From: Dehalococcoidia bacterium
Lineage (GTDB): Bacteria > Chloroflexota > Dehalococcoidia > Lucifugimonadales > QGNO01
Length of the DNA: 64,000 bases
Reading direction: 5' to 3'
Assembly: GCA_034422935.1 (NCBI GenBank)
Contig: DAOUJH010000010.1
Span: 118,820-182,819 of the forward strand
The notes under the pieces were generated by a model, which did not search any database, was not told the origin of the DNA, and saw only the letters and a program-made list of their open reading frames with translations. The translations under genes were made by a program, and so were the position numbers. Below are positions 49,904 through 59,459 of the stretch, piece by piece. The stretch's first letter is position 1. Each line of letters opens with the position of its first letter.

Positions 49904-50920
49904 TCACCACAATACCGTCACGTTCTCACCGAGCCGGCTGCGAAAGTAAGCGTCAACACGCTCCACGTACTCGTCCGGGGCGTCTATAACAGCGTCAGCA
50001 TGCTCGGAGCCGTGGACCAGCCAAAGCTCGCTCCCCACCGATGCGGCGGTGTGTATTCGAACGCTCTGCTCCGCAGGGACGCGGCTGTCCTCGCCGCCGT
50101 GAATCACCAGGATTGGATAGCCAAGAGTCCCGGCCGCTTTCTCCGGCACCACCGCGCCCACGTCTATGCCATACAGAACTCGGGATACAACTTTCATGCC
50201 CGGAATGAACACAGGTACGATCCACTGGGGAAAGACCGTGGCACGAGCCGTCTCCTGGGCAATCAGATCATGCACGTCAGCGAAAGAGCTATCCGCTACC
50301 ACAGCCCTGAGCGCGGGCTCCTCGGCGGCGGCCAACAGAGCTGTAGCCCCACCCAAAGACCAGCCCACCAAGCCCACCTTCCCTGGGGACGCGCCTCTAT
50401 GAACCAGGAAGTCGTATGCGCCCAGAACATCCCATCTCTCGAAGTATCCGGCGGACAACCGGTCGCCGTCCGACTCCCCGTGGCCTCTGATGTCAAACAA
50501 CAGCACGTTGAAGCCACGGTCAAACAGTCTTCTAGCCAGTTTCAAAGAGTTGTCTCCAGCGCGGTTACTGTTCAGACCATGCACCAGTATTACCGTCAAT
50601 TCGTCTCTGGGATCTTCAAGCCTCTCCTGCTCAATGAGCCAGCCTCTCAAGACAATGTTATTCCACTCGTCGCCTCGCGGAGAGAACGCCACGTTCTCAT
50701 AGGGCAGTCCGTATTCAGTGGGATGTTCTTCCAATGGGCTTCTGTCAAGCTTGGTCACACCGGATGCCATGGAATAGGAGACGTAACCGTAGAAACCTAC
50801 CAGCAGCAACAGCAATATGGGCAGTCCCCAGCGTAGGGCTCGGGAGCGCGTCAAACGCTTGCCTTGCCGTTGCCTCCCAGCATCTCTGCTCTTCTTCAAA
50901 GGTCTGCGGCCTCTTGCCAT
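49904..50920 (-). CDS. Membrane-anchored alpha/beta hydrolase (start set at ATG 50920)
   Basis: N-terminal TM helix; VILVHG, FD.RGHG.S, GWSLGG nucleophile elbow, IHG.ED, H..A; GGGAGG SD. Confidence 0.85.
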   Translation of the reverse strand: MARGRRPLKKSRDAGRQRQGKRLTRSRALRWGLPILLLLLVGFYGYVSYSMASGVTKLDRSPLEEHPTEYGLPYENVAFSPRGDEWNNIVLRGWLIEQERLEDPRDELTVILVHGLNSNRAGDNSLKLARRLFDRGFNVLLFDIRGHGESDGDRLSAGYFERWDVLGAYDFLVHRGASPGKVGLVGWSLGGATALLAAAEEPALRAVVADSSFADVHDLIAQETARATVFPQWIVPVFIPGMKVVSRVLYGIDVGAVVPEKAAGTLGYPILVIHGGEDSRVPAEQSVRIHTAASVGSELWLVHGSEHADAVIDAPDEYVERVDAYFRSRLGENVTVLW

Positions 50921-51013
50921 AACCTCCCTCGTGGATGTGCCTTCAATAGATTGCAAGAACCCAAGCGGGGGCTCTAAGGAAGTCCTCAGCGGCAGGCAGA
51001 AGTCTCTCTATCC

Positions 51014-52873
51014 TCAAAACAGCCCGTCTAAGGCGCGGTCCAGGTTGAAGGCTGAACTAATGAGGGCTAGATGCGTAAACGCTTGAGGAAAGTTGCCCAG
51101 GCTCTCGCCGCTGTGGCCGGTCTCCTCGGCGTAGAGTCCCAAGTGGTTGGCGTACCCAAGCATCTTCTCAAACATGAGCTGGGCCTGTTCCAAGCGCGCC
51201 TGGTCAGAGCGGCCGGCCCGGGTGAGGGCCTCCACCAGCCAGAAGGTGCATATATTGAAGGTACCCTCCTGGCCGCTGAGGCCGTCTGGCGACACATTCA
51301 CGTTATAGCGGTATACAAGGCTGTTGGAAACCAGTCCGCCCTTCTCAGGCGAACGGTTGATGGCATCCAGGGTCTGAAGCATTCGGGGATCCGTGGGCGC
51401 CATGAAGAATACCAAGGGCATCGTCAGGTTTGAGGCATCTAGATGCTCGCCTTCGTATGTCTGGACAAAGGCGCCGCGGCGGCTGTTCCATCCTCGCTGC
51501 ATGATCTCTTCATAGATGCTGTCTCTGGTCTTGTACCATCTTTCCCGATCCGCCGGAAAAGCACGGGCATCGGCGATGCGCAGGGCGCGGTCTATGGCAA
51601 CCCAGCACATAAGCTTGGAGTAGACGTAGTGGTCCTGCACGTTGCGCATCTCCCAAATTCCCTCGTCGGGCCGCTGCCAGTTGTCGCAAACCCAGTTAAC
51701 CAGCCTCCGCAGGTGCACCCAGAAATCTCTGGAAATGGGATGGCCGTACCTGTTGTAGAGGTAAACAGCGTCCATCAACTCACCGTAGATGTCCAGTTGC
51801 AGTTGAGAGTAGGCACCGTTGCCAATACGCACCGGCCGAGAGCCGCGATGTCCCTCTAGGTGCTCTAAGATCTCCTCCGTCAGGAGGTGGCGACCATCTA
51901 TGCCGTACATAATCTGCAGCGAACCATCCGGGTTGAGTTCGCCGGCTCTGGCCTCTATCCAGTTCATAAACTGGGTTGCCTCATCGGTGAAACCTATGCG
52001 CAGCAGGGCGTAGAGAGTGAAGGCGGCATCTCTAATCCACGTGTAGCGATAGTCCCAGTTGCGTTCGCCCCCCAACTCTTCAGGCAAGCTGGTCGTTGGC
52101 GCGGCAACAATGGCGCCCGTGGGCTTATACGTGAGGAGCTTCAAAACCAAGGCTGAGCGCTCCACTATCTCTCGCCAACGGCCCCTATAGGTGGAAGTTG
52201 CGAGCCAGGAACGCCAGTAGTTGACGGTCTCTTCAAAAATCCGCTGGCTTTCCGTATCGGAGAAGGGCGGCAGATAATCGCCGCACTCGCCGCACATCTC
52301 ACCAATGGCGAAGGCTACGGTCTGTCCCTCGTGCAAGGTAAACTCCGCTACCATGCCCTCTCCATGGGGACCAGGACTACGGTGCAACGGCACAGAAGTG
52401 GAAAGTTGCAATATGATGTCGGATGAGTAGAAATAAGCCCCTGAATCCGCGAGTTCCACCACCTTGTGGGTGTCCCGGCCGTAGTTGAAGGCGGGGAAAC
52501 ACTCTATGCGAAAGCGCATTACGCCGCGCACTACGCTGACTCGGCGCACCAGTTCATTGTGCTGGTGCTTGTACTGTTCCTCATCGGCCTCCACTGGCAT
52601 GAAGTCTGTAACCTCACCAACGCCATCGGAGGACAGGAATCGCGTCACCAGCACGTTGGTCTGGGGCCAGTAGAGCTGCTTATGGGTTACCCCGCTCATT
52701 GTGGGCGAAATCTTGAAGTGCCCGCCTTTGGCCTCGTCCAGAATTGCGCCGAATATACTGGGTGAGTCAAAGCTGGGCATGCACAACCAGTCGATCGAAC
52801 CGTTCATTCCAACTAGGGCAACAGTGTGCATGTTGCCGATGATTCCGTAATTCTCAATCGGTTGATAGGTCAT
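51014..52873 (-). CDS. Glycoside hydrolase family 15 (trehalase/glucoamylase-like)
   Basis: [70 protein letters not shown]. Confidence 0.92.
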   Translation of the reverse strand: MTYQPIENYGIIGNMHTVALVGMNGSIDWLCMPSFDSPSIFGAILDEAKGGHFKISPTMSGVTHKQLYWPQTNVLVTRFLSSDGVGEVTDFMPVEADEEQYKHQHNELVRRVSVVRGVMRFRIECFPAFNYGRDTHKVVELADSGAYFYSSDIILQLSTSVPLHRSPGPHGEGMVAEFTLHEGQTVAFAIGEMCGECGDYLPPFSDTESQRIFEETVNYWRSWLATSTYRGRWREIVERSALVLKLLTYKPTGAIVAAPTTSLPEELGGERNWDYRYTWIRDAAFTLYALLRIGFTDEATQFMNWIEARAGELNPDGSLQIMYGIDGRHLLTEEILEHLEGHRGSRPVRIGNGAYSQLQLDIYGELMDAVYLYNRYGHPISRDFWVHLRRLVNWVCDNWQRPDEGIWEMRNVQDHYVYSKLMCWVAIDRALRIADARAFPADRERWYKTRDSIYEEIMQRGWNSRRGAFVQTYEGEHLDASNLTMPLVFFMAPTDPRMLQTLDAINRSPEKGGLVSNSLVYRYNVNVSPDGLSGQEGTFNICTFWLVEALTRAGRSDQARLEQAQLMFEKMLGYANHLGLYAEETGHSGESLGNFPQAFTHLALISSAFNLDRALDGLF

Positions 52874-53084
52874 GCCGCATGTCCCGGATTTCTACGAATC
52901 AGGCTAGCAGTGCTAGCCGAATCTAATCTACCGCCTCATAGTATCAACTGAGTGGCTCTAATATTAACAGATAGCCGTCTGTTTCGTGAGCACAGGCATA
53001 GGCCTTTCAGCCGGTTTGTCAGGGGAAGCTTACTAGAGATGGCAAAAACAGCGTCGCCCGAACTTCAACTCGATACTTACGCCA

Positions 53085-53768
53085 TTACTGAACCTTGTCC
53101 CGCAATTCCCTAACCTCTTGAATAAGCCGCTCTAATGCTGCCTCCTCGTTGCGGTTCCTTACCAAGAATGATGCCAAATTAGCCGTCACTGCCCCAAGGA
53201 GACCAATTCCTCCCAGCATCAACACAACTCCCGCAATTCTCCCGATGGCAGTCGTTGGCACCATATCGCCATAACCAACTGTAGTGGCGGTGACAATGGC
53301 CCACCAGAGAGTGTTAGAAAAATCCGCTAGCGGAGAGCCGCTGCCCCTCTCAACGGTAGTGACTAGAGTGGCTACTATCAATATCATACCGACGGAGTAG
53401 ACCAGCACGTAGTCAACGTTCATTATCCGTGACAACCCCTGCCAATCCCGCCCAATATAAGCGATGATACGCAGGATGCGGAGGGGTCTGATAAAAGGGA
53501 TAACTACAATGAGCACGTCCAACCAGTGCTGACGTAAATACTTTATTCGTTTGGGTGCTATGGCTGTCTTGATGGATAGCTCAATAGCGAAGATGCCCCA
53601 AATCACAGCATCGAGAATGAATACAACGCGTTCTCCTTTGGGGCCGAGATCCCACAAGAGAGAGGCCACCAGCAGGGGTACCATGGCAAAAGCCAGCAAG
53701 AGCAGGGGCAGTTCAGTAATCTGTTCTACACGAAAGAGTAGTGCTTCGCGTCGTTGGGTCTCGGTCAT
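53085..53768 (-). CDS. Potassium channel, 6TM type with S4-like segment
   Basis: WWA.VT.TTVGYGD filter; RPLRILR S4-like repeat; short C-terminal coiled coil. Confidence 0.88.
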   Translation of the reverse strand: MTETQRREALLFRVEQITELPLLLLAFAMVPLLVASLLWDLGPKGERVVFILDAVIWGIFAIELSIKTAIAPKRIKYLRQHWLDVLIVVIPFIRPLRILRIIAYIGRDWQGLSRIMNVDYVLVYSVGMILIVATLVTTVERGSGSPLADFSNTLWWAIVTATTVGYGDMVPTTAIGRIAGVVLMLGGIGLLGAVTANLASFLVRNRNEEAALERLIQEVRELRDKVQ

Positions 53769-53935
53769 AACAAGCTCCTCAGGGAAAGGTTGTTAAGCGC
53801 CCTGTGGCGCCCTTCCCCATTGTACTGTGTGATTTTTACCGTTGCGGAGCGAGCTATGGCCTTGTTCCCGAGTGTCCGTGCACGGCACTCCTCATTTTGA
53901 TAACCTAGACTGCTACAAAGGGCAGAGGAACAGTA

Positions 53936-55639
53936 ATGCGTGCATCCCAATCGTTAGGCAAAACACTACGGGAAGCCCCTGCGGAGGCTGAGACAGCCAG
54001 CCACCGGCTTATGCTGAGGGCAAGCCTCATCTACCAGGTGGCGGCGGGCGTTTACGCCTACCTCCCCATGGCGTACCGCTCTCTGAAGAAACTAGAGCAG
54101 ATCATCCGTGAAGAGATGGACGCAGCCGGGGCGCAGGAAGTGCACATGCCCACTCTCCAGCCGCTGGAGCTATGGGAAAAGACCGGTCGGGATGCGGCCT
54201 TGGGCCAGAATCTGTTCCGACTGCACGATAGGCGGGAGCGGGACCTTGTGCTGGCTCCCACCCATGAAGAGGTCGTTACCAATATTGCCAAAGCCAATGT
54301 CAACTCCTACCGGGACTTGCCCCTGAACCTGTACCAGATCCAGACCAAGTTCCGTGACGAGCCGCGTCCCCGCGCAGGGCTCCTGCGCGTCCGTGAATTC
54401 GCCATGAAGGACGCTTACTCTTTCGATGCCGACGAGGAAGGACTGGACATCTCTTACAACAAGATGTCCCAGGCCTATCGCAACATATTCAAGCGGAGCG
54501 GCCTGCCCATCCTGGTGGCGGAAGCGGATAGCGGCGCCATCGGCGGCAAGGACTCACAGGAGTTCATTCTCCCCGCGGAGGCCGGGGAGGATACGATTCT
54601 CCATTGCTCTTGCTGCGGTTATGCCGCCAACGTGGAACGAGCCGGTTTCAAACAGGAACCTCTTCCCCATGAAGAACAGGCCCCCTTGGAAGAGATAGCC
54701 ACCCCGGGAGCAAAGACCATAGAGGACTTGGCGCAGCTTCTCGCCGTTCCCCAGAGCAAGACGCTGAAAGCCGTTTTCTACATGGCCGACGACCGCTTGG
54801 TGTTCGTGGTCATTCGCGGCGACCTTGACGTCAACGAGATCAAGCTGAGCAACATCCTCAAAGCCAACGACCTGCGCATGGCGTCAGACGAAGAGGTGGC
54901 GGAAGCAGGAATAGTGGCCGGGTCGGCGTCACCCATAGGCCTGAAAGACGTGACGGTTGTGGCGGATGAATCGGCCAACACCGGCAACAACTTCGTCGTC
55001 GGCGCCAACAGGGACGGCTATCATTTCCGCAATGCCAATTTCCCCAGGGACTTTCAGGCGACACTGGTGGCGGACATAGCGCTGGCCAAGGAAGGGTACG
55101 GCTGTGCCAGCTGCGACTCCTCCCTGGAAGCCATTCGCGGCATAGAGGTGGGCCACATCTTCAAGCTGGGCACTTTCTACTCCGAACGCCTCGACGCTGG
55201 CTACCTAGACGAGCACGGCGACCAGCATCCCATGGTGATGGGGTGCTACGGCATAGGCGTGGGACGTCTGCTGGCCGCCGCCATCGAGCAGAACCACGAC
55301 GAAAAGGGGATAGTTTTCCCACTGCCCATAGCCCCTTACCAGGTGCATCTGCTTTCTCTCAATCCTGAAAACAGCGAAGTGCATAAGGTATCGGAAGACC
55401 TCTACCGGGCCCTGCAAGGAGCCGGCATAGAGGTGCTCTACGATGATCGAGAGGAGTCCGCTGGCGTGAAGTTCAATGACGCCGACCTGCTGGGGCTTCC
55501 TCTGCGCTTGGTGGTTTCGCCGCGCAACCTGCGACAAGCCTCCATAGAGCTCAAAGGCAGGCTGGAAGAAAAAGGAACGCTGGTGCCGCTGGCCGGCGCG
55601 GTTGAGACGGTTAAAGCAATGCTAAGCCAACCCCGGTGA
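53936..55639 (+). CDS. proS: Proline--tRNA ligase with editing (INS) domain
   Basis: SH.LM.RA, APTHEE, YQIQTKFRDE.RPR.GL.R.REF.MKD.YSF, GIEVGHIFKLG, MGCYGIGV.R. Confidence 0.97.
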   Translation: MRASQSLGKTLREAPAEAETASHRLMLRASLIYQVAAGVYAYLPMAYRSLKKLEQIIREEMDAAGAQEVHMPTLQPLELWEKTGRDAALGQNLFRLHDRRERDLVLAPTHEEVVTNIAKANVNSYRDLPLNLYQIQTKFRDEPRPRAGLLRVREFAMKDAYSFDADEEGLDISYNKMSQAYRNIFKRSGLPILVAEADSGAIGGKDSQEFILPAEAGEDTILHCSCCGYAANVERAGFKQEPLPHEEQAPLEEIATPGAKTIEDLAQLLAVPQSKTLKAVFYMADDRLVFVVIRGDLDVNEIKLSNILKANDLRMASDEEVAEAGIVAGSASPIGLKDVTVVADESANTGNNFVVGANRDGYHFRNANFPRDFQATLVADIALAKEGYGCASCDSSLEAIRGIEVGHIFKLGTFYSERLDAGYLDEHGDQHPMVMGCYGIGVGRLLAAAIEQNHDEKGIVFPLPIAPYQVHLLSLNPENSEVHKVSEDLYRALQGAGIEVLYDDREESAGVKFNDADLLGLPLRLVVSPRNLRQASIELKGRLEEKGTLVPLAGAVETVKAMLSQPR

Positions 55640-55713
55640 GTACATCGTCATCTGTATCAGAATCTGAAAGTCGTGTATCATTGCGCTAGGCCAATACGTT
55701 TCCGGAGCAACTC

Positions 55714-55962
55714 ATGACAGGGCAAGACATACAACAGGGCAGCAGGGTCAAGGTCACAGACCAGCAATCACTCTTCTACGGCAGAACCGGATTGATCGCG
55801 GAACCCGTTGACAAGGAGGACTCCGGCGAGGGTCCCTTCTGGCTGGTGGTATTCGACTGGCCGCTCGGCGGCATCGCGGGACGCGCCGTTCTTGGCCAGC
55901 ATCATCTGGAACTGGAACAATGGGATGTTTCCGGAGACCCAAGGCTGAAACTGCAAAGTTGA
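55714..55962 (+). CDS. Small hypothetical protein (possible SH3/KOW-like barrel)
   Basis: 82-aa ORF with GGAG SD; G..V.V.D..S.FYG.TG.I pattern; fills the gap between proS and sufT. Confidence 0.55.
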   Translation: MTGQDIQQGSRVKVTDQQSLFYGRTGLIAEPVDKEDSGEGPFWLVVFDWPLGGIAGRAVLGQHHLELEQWDVSGDPRLKLQS

Positions 55963-56030
55963 CCATGTGAATCAACATTGGATACAATCCATGTACTGAA
56001 ACCCTGTATCATCCTGAACGGGAGCAAAAG

Positions 56031-56336
56031 ATGGCTACCATAACCAAAGAAGAAGTCTTGGAGAAGCTTAAGGAAGTCTACGACCCTGAGATCCCGGTCA
56101 ACGTTGTTGACCTTGGACTGATCTACGGAGTAGAGGTCAACGACGGAAACGAAGTGCACGTCCTGATGACGCTCACTGCTCCCGGCTGTGGCATGGGGCC
56201 TTACATAGCACAGCAGGCGGAGTGGGCCGTCTCTGAGCTGGACGGCCTGGAGGACGTGACCGTGGAGATGACCTTCGACCCGCCGTGGACGCCCGATATG
56301 CTCACCGAAGACGGCAAGGCCCTCCTGGGCATCTAG
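56031..56336 (+). CDS. Metal-sulfur cluster assembly factor (SufT/DUF59)
   Basis: L..VYDPEIPVNVVDLGLIY, MTLT.PGC, V...FDPPW.P. Confidence 0.92.
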   Translation: MATITKEEVLEKLKEVYDPEIPVNVVDLGLIYGVEVNDGNEVHVLMTLTAPGCGMGPYIAQQAEWAVSELDGLEDVTVEMTFDPPWTPDMLTEDGKALLGI

Positions 56337-56339
56337 CCA

Positions 56340-57173
56340 ATGGCCTCAGAGCGCAAATTGCCTGAGATGAGCCACCAAGAGCGGGCTCGTCTTGACTCTA
56401 TCAAACGTACCTGGCAGCAGCGCCTCCAGATAAGTGACCGTCTGAGCCGGATCAAGGTAAAGCTGGGCGTTTACAGTGGCAAGGGCGGTGTGGGCAAGAC
56501 AACCGTAGCGGTGAACCTGGCGGTGGCCCTGGCAAACAAAGGTTTCTCCGTTGGACTGCTGGATTCCGACATAGACTGCCCCAACGCGGCAAAGGTCATC
56601 GGCGCCACGGAGTCCGCCACCATGGATAACGGCCAGTTCATACCTCCCCGTGCTTACGGCGTAAAGGTCATATCCATGTCCTTTTTCCAAAAGAACGAAG
56701 AAGAGGCCATCATCTGGCGCGGCCCAATGATCCACAACGCACTGAACCAGTTGCTGGAGAACACCGACTGGGGTGAACTCGACTACCTGGTGGTCGACCT
56801 GCCTCCCGGCACCTCCGACGCTCCGCTCACCATCATGCAGGTGCTACAGTTGGACGGCTTTGTGGTGGTGACCACACCTCAGTCGCTGGCCAAGCTGGAC
56901 GCCAAGCGGTCTATAAACATGATCAAGAAAATGAACGTGAACGTGTTGGGTGTAGTGGAAAACCTCTCCGGCGGTGTATTCGGCTCAGGCGCCGGAGAAG
57001 ACCTCGCCACAGAGATGGACCTGGCTTTCCTTGGTAGACATCAACTGTTGGCAGAGTACATGAACAGCAAGAAGCCTACCGTGCTGGAAAGCAAGCTGGT
57101 GGCCGACGAATACGACCGCTTGGTGGAGGCCGTTCTACCCAAGCTGCCATCTACCAGCCAAGCCGCAAGCTAA
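56340..57173 (+). CDS. Mrp/NBP35 (ApbC-like) P-loop ATPase lacking the C-terminal CxxC
   Basis: SGKGGVGKTT, D.DI, IWRGPM, WGELDYLVVD.PPGT.D, VTTPQ, G.VEN motifs. Confidence 0.88.
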   Translation: MASERKLPEMSHQERARLDSIKRTWQQRLQISDRLSRIKVKLGVYSGKGGVGKTTVAVNLAVALANKGFSVGLLDSDIDCPNAAKVIGATESATMDNGQFIPPRAYGVKVISMSFFQKNEEEAIIWRGPMIHNALNQLLENTDWGELDYLVVDLPPGTSDAPLTIMQVLQLDGFVVVTTPQSLAKLDAKRSINMIKKMNVNVLGVVENLSGGVFGSGAGEDLATEMDLAFLGRHQLLAEYMNSKKPTVLESKLVADEYDRLVEAVLPKLPSTSQAAS

Positions 57174-57232
57174 TTCCGGCCAGCAGCCCACCACCTTAAG
57201 ATTACTAACCCTCTACGAATAAGTAGTTGAAC

Positions 57233-59452
57233 TCACTCGCGGCGAACAAAGCCTTCGTCTTCCAGTTGGTCCATGAGTCTCGCCGCTCTGGGGTAGCCTA
57301 TGCGCAGGCGCCTTTGAAGTAACGAAGTAGAGAGCTGCTGGCTGCTGGCCATCTCTATGGCTTTTTCCAGCATAGCGTCCCTTGATTCGCCCCCCACTGA
57401 GCCGTTGCCGTTGCCGCCAGCTTGGGACTCTTCAGGCTCCAGGTTAAACTCGGGTAGCTGGGGTCCGCTCTGCTTCCGCCAGTATTCCATGAATGTCCCA
57501 GTTTCCTTGTCTGAAACGAACGCTCCTTGTACTCGCTGCGGTTTGGGAGTATCTCCGGAAAGGAAGAGCATGTCTCCCCTGCCAAGGAGCTTCTCCGCCC
57601 CGGCGGCGTCCAGGATAGTTCTAGAGTCTACCTGGGAGACAACGGCAAAGCTGATCCGGCTAGGAATATTGGCCTTTATAAGGCCGGTGACTACGTTCAC
57701 TGAAGGCCGCTGCGTGGCAACAATGAGGTGTATGCCTGTGGCGCGGCCCAACTGCGCCAGGCGGGTAAGGATCTGCTCCACCTTATGGGAAGACGTCATC
57801 ATGAGGTCGGCCAACTCATCCACCGCTACAACCAGGTAGGGCATGGGTTCCAGGGCCTGGGGGTGATTGTGATAGCCCTCTATATTACGCACACCCAGCT
57901 CCTCCATTCGTCTGTAACGCCTGTTCATCTCCCCAATGACACCATCAAGCGCACTGACCGACTCTTCCGGATCCACCACAACGGGCGCCATAAGGTGCGG
58001 AAGCCCGTTGTATGGGGTAAGCTCAACCCGCTTTGGGTCTATGAGAAGCATACGCACCTTCTCCGGAGACTCTTTGCAAGCAAGAGATAGTATCAGGGTA
58101 TTCATGCAAACGCTCTTGCCGCTGCCTGTGGCGCCTGCAATGAGCAGATGAGGCAATCTCCTCAGGTCGGCGACAATCGGCTCCCCTCCGGAGCCCTGTC
58201 CAAGGCCCACGGTGAGTCCTCCTTTTCTATGCAGTGCAAGAAACTCTTTTGACTCCAGGATGTTGCGTAGAGTAACCAGCGCCGGATCGCGGTTGGGCAC
58301 CTCAATGCCGACCACTGCCTCACCTGGAACGGGGGCCTGTATACGCAGACTGGGCGCGGACAGCGCCAGGGCCATGTCCTTTTCCCGCGCCACAATGGCG
58401 TCAACTCTTACACGGGTCTTCTGTTTCCATCCGGGAGTCAGGCCGTACAGCGTGACTGTGGGGCCGGGTTTGATCTGTTCATCCTTTACCTCTACATCTA
58501 CACCGTGTTCGGCTAGAGCATCTTTTATGCTGGCCGCCACTTTCCTGCGAGTCGCTTCCTCTTTCTTTTCGTCAGCCACCGTGGCAGGGGCATTATCAAG
58601 GAATCCGGTGCCCGGAGGCCTCCACTGTGAAACGGTAACAGCCTCTTTGGCGATACGTTTTCCCGCCTCCTCTGCATCCTCTTCATCGATTTCGGAGTAC
58701 TCTACTATCGAGAACTCTTCCTCGTCATCAAAGTAGCCCTCTTCTCCATCCGGGTCTAGGGCGTCTACCATATCCAGCAAAGGGTCGTCCACGTCTTCTT
58801 CTGACTTGGCCGACTTGCCGGGGCCGCGTACAAGCAGCAGAACCCCGGCCCAAATTTTCCGTGGTGCCGCTTTGATAATTCTCCACATCTGTTTCAATGC
58901 TGCTACGGCTAGAGCACGTATCTTCCTGCCCGCCATTCTAAGGACGTCCTTTGCCGCTCCGTAGAAACTCCGGGGCCATGCTATGATCGCTGACAGCAGC
59001 AGCAGGCCGGCAACCAAGGCAATGCCTCGCAGCAACCCGCCCCACAACCACCGCCCGGCGACACCACCGTAAGTTGTATCCGCGACAACACCACCCGAAC
59101 CATGAAGCGACCCCATGGCGGTTTGAAGCGCCACTACCACAAGGGCTGTGGCTGTCCACCATTGCCAGGTGTCCAATACCATTCTAGGCTTGAGTCGCAG
59201 GGCCCCCAAGAATGCCAGCGTCCAAAGGGCTAGGGGGTATACTCCCAATCCTACTGCGCCAATCACTCCATCACGGGCCCATGGATATATATCGTTGACA
59301 ATGTAACCCCGGAATACCAGACCGAGAGTAACCAATACAACGCTGAGTATGATCAGCCTTCCGTACCAGTTATTGGTGAAGAAGTAAAGAAGCCTGCGCC
59401 ACCACGTCTGTGGCTTGGACTTGCCTTTGGTCTTAGAGCTTAGCTTTGCCAT
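57233..59452 (-). CDS. ftsK: DNA translocase FtsK/SpoIIIE
   Basis: N-terminal TM segments; PHLLIAG.TGSGKSV, IDPK.VEL, DELADLM, RA.GIHLI.ATQRPSV, GAEKLLG.GDML, STS.LQRRLRIGY.RA.R. Confidence 0.96.
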   Translation of the reverse strand: MAKLSSKTKGKSKPQTWWRRLLYFFTNNWYGRLIILSVVLVTLGLVFRGYIVNDIYPWARDGVIGAVGLGVYPLALWTLAFLGALRLKPRMVLDTWQWWTATALVVVALQTAMGSLHGSGGVVADTTYGGVAGRWLWGGLLRGIALVAGLLLLSAIIAWPRSFYGAAKDVLRMAGRKIRALAVAALKQMWRIIKAAPRKIWAGVLLLVRGPGKSAKSEEDVDDPLLDMVDALDPDGEEGYFDDEEEFSIVEYSEIDEEDAEEAGKRIAKEAVTVSQWRPPGTGFLDNAPATVADEKKEEATRRKVAASIKDALAEHGVDVEVKDEQIKPGPTVTLYGLTPGWKQKTRVRVDAIVAREKDMALALSAPSLRIQAPVPGEAVVGIEVPNRDPALVTLRNILESKEFLALHRKGGLTVGLGQGSGGEPIVADLRRLPHLLIAGATGSGKSVCMNTLILSLACKESPEKVRMLLIDPKRVELTPYNGLPHLMAPVVVDPEESVSALDGVIGEMNRRYRRMEELGVRNIEGYHNHPQALEPMPYLVVAVDELADLMMTSSHKVEQILTRLAQLGRATGIHLIVATQRPSVNVVTGLIKANIPSRISFAVVSQVDSRTILDAAGAEKLLGRGDMLFLSGDTPKPQRVQGAFVSDKETGTFMEYWRKQSGPQLPEFNLEPEESQAGGNGNGSVGGESRDAMLEKAIEMASSQQLSTSLLQRRLRIGYPRAARLMDQLEDEGFVRRE

Positions 59453-59459
59453 GGCCTAC

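Noticed and set aside
49743-53768. Integrative element at tRNA-Val
   Set aside because: No integrase or transposase and no duplicated tRNA 3' end seen in the window.
53770-53935. T-box leader upstream of proS
   Set aside because: No GGTGGNACCGCG T-box motif or terminator; the gap is a divergent promoter region.
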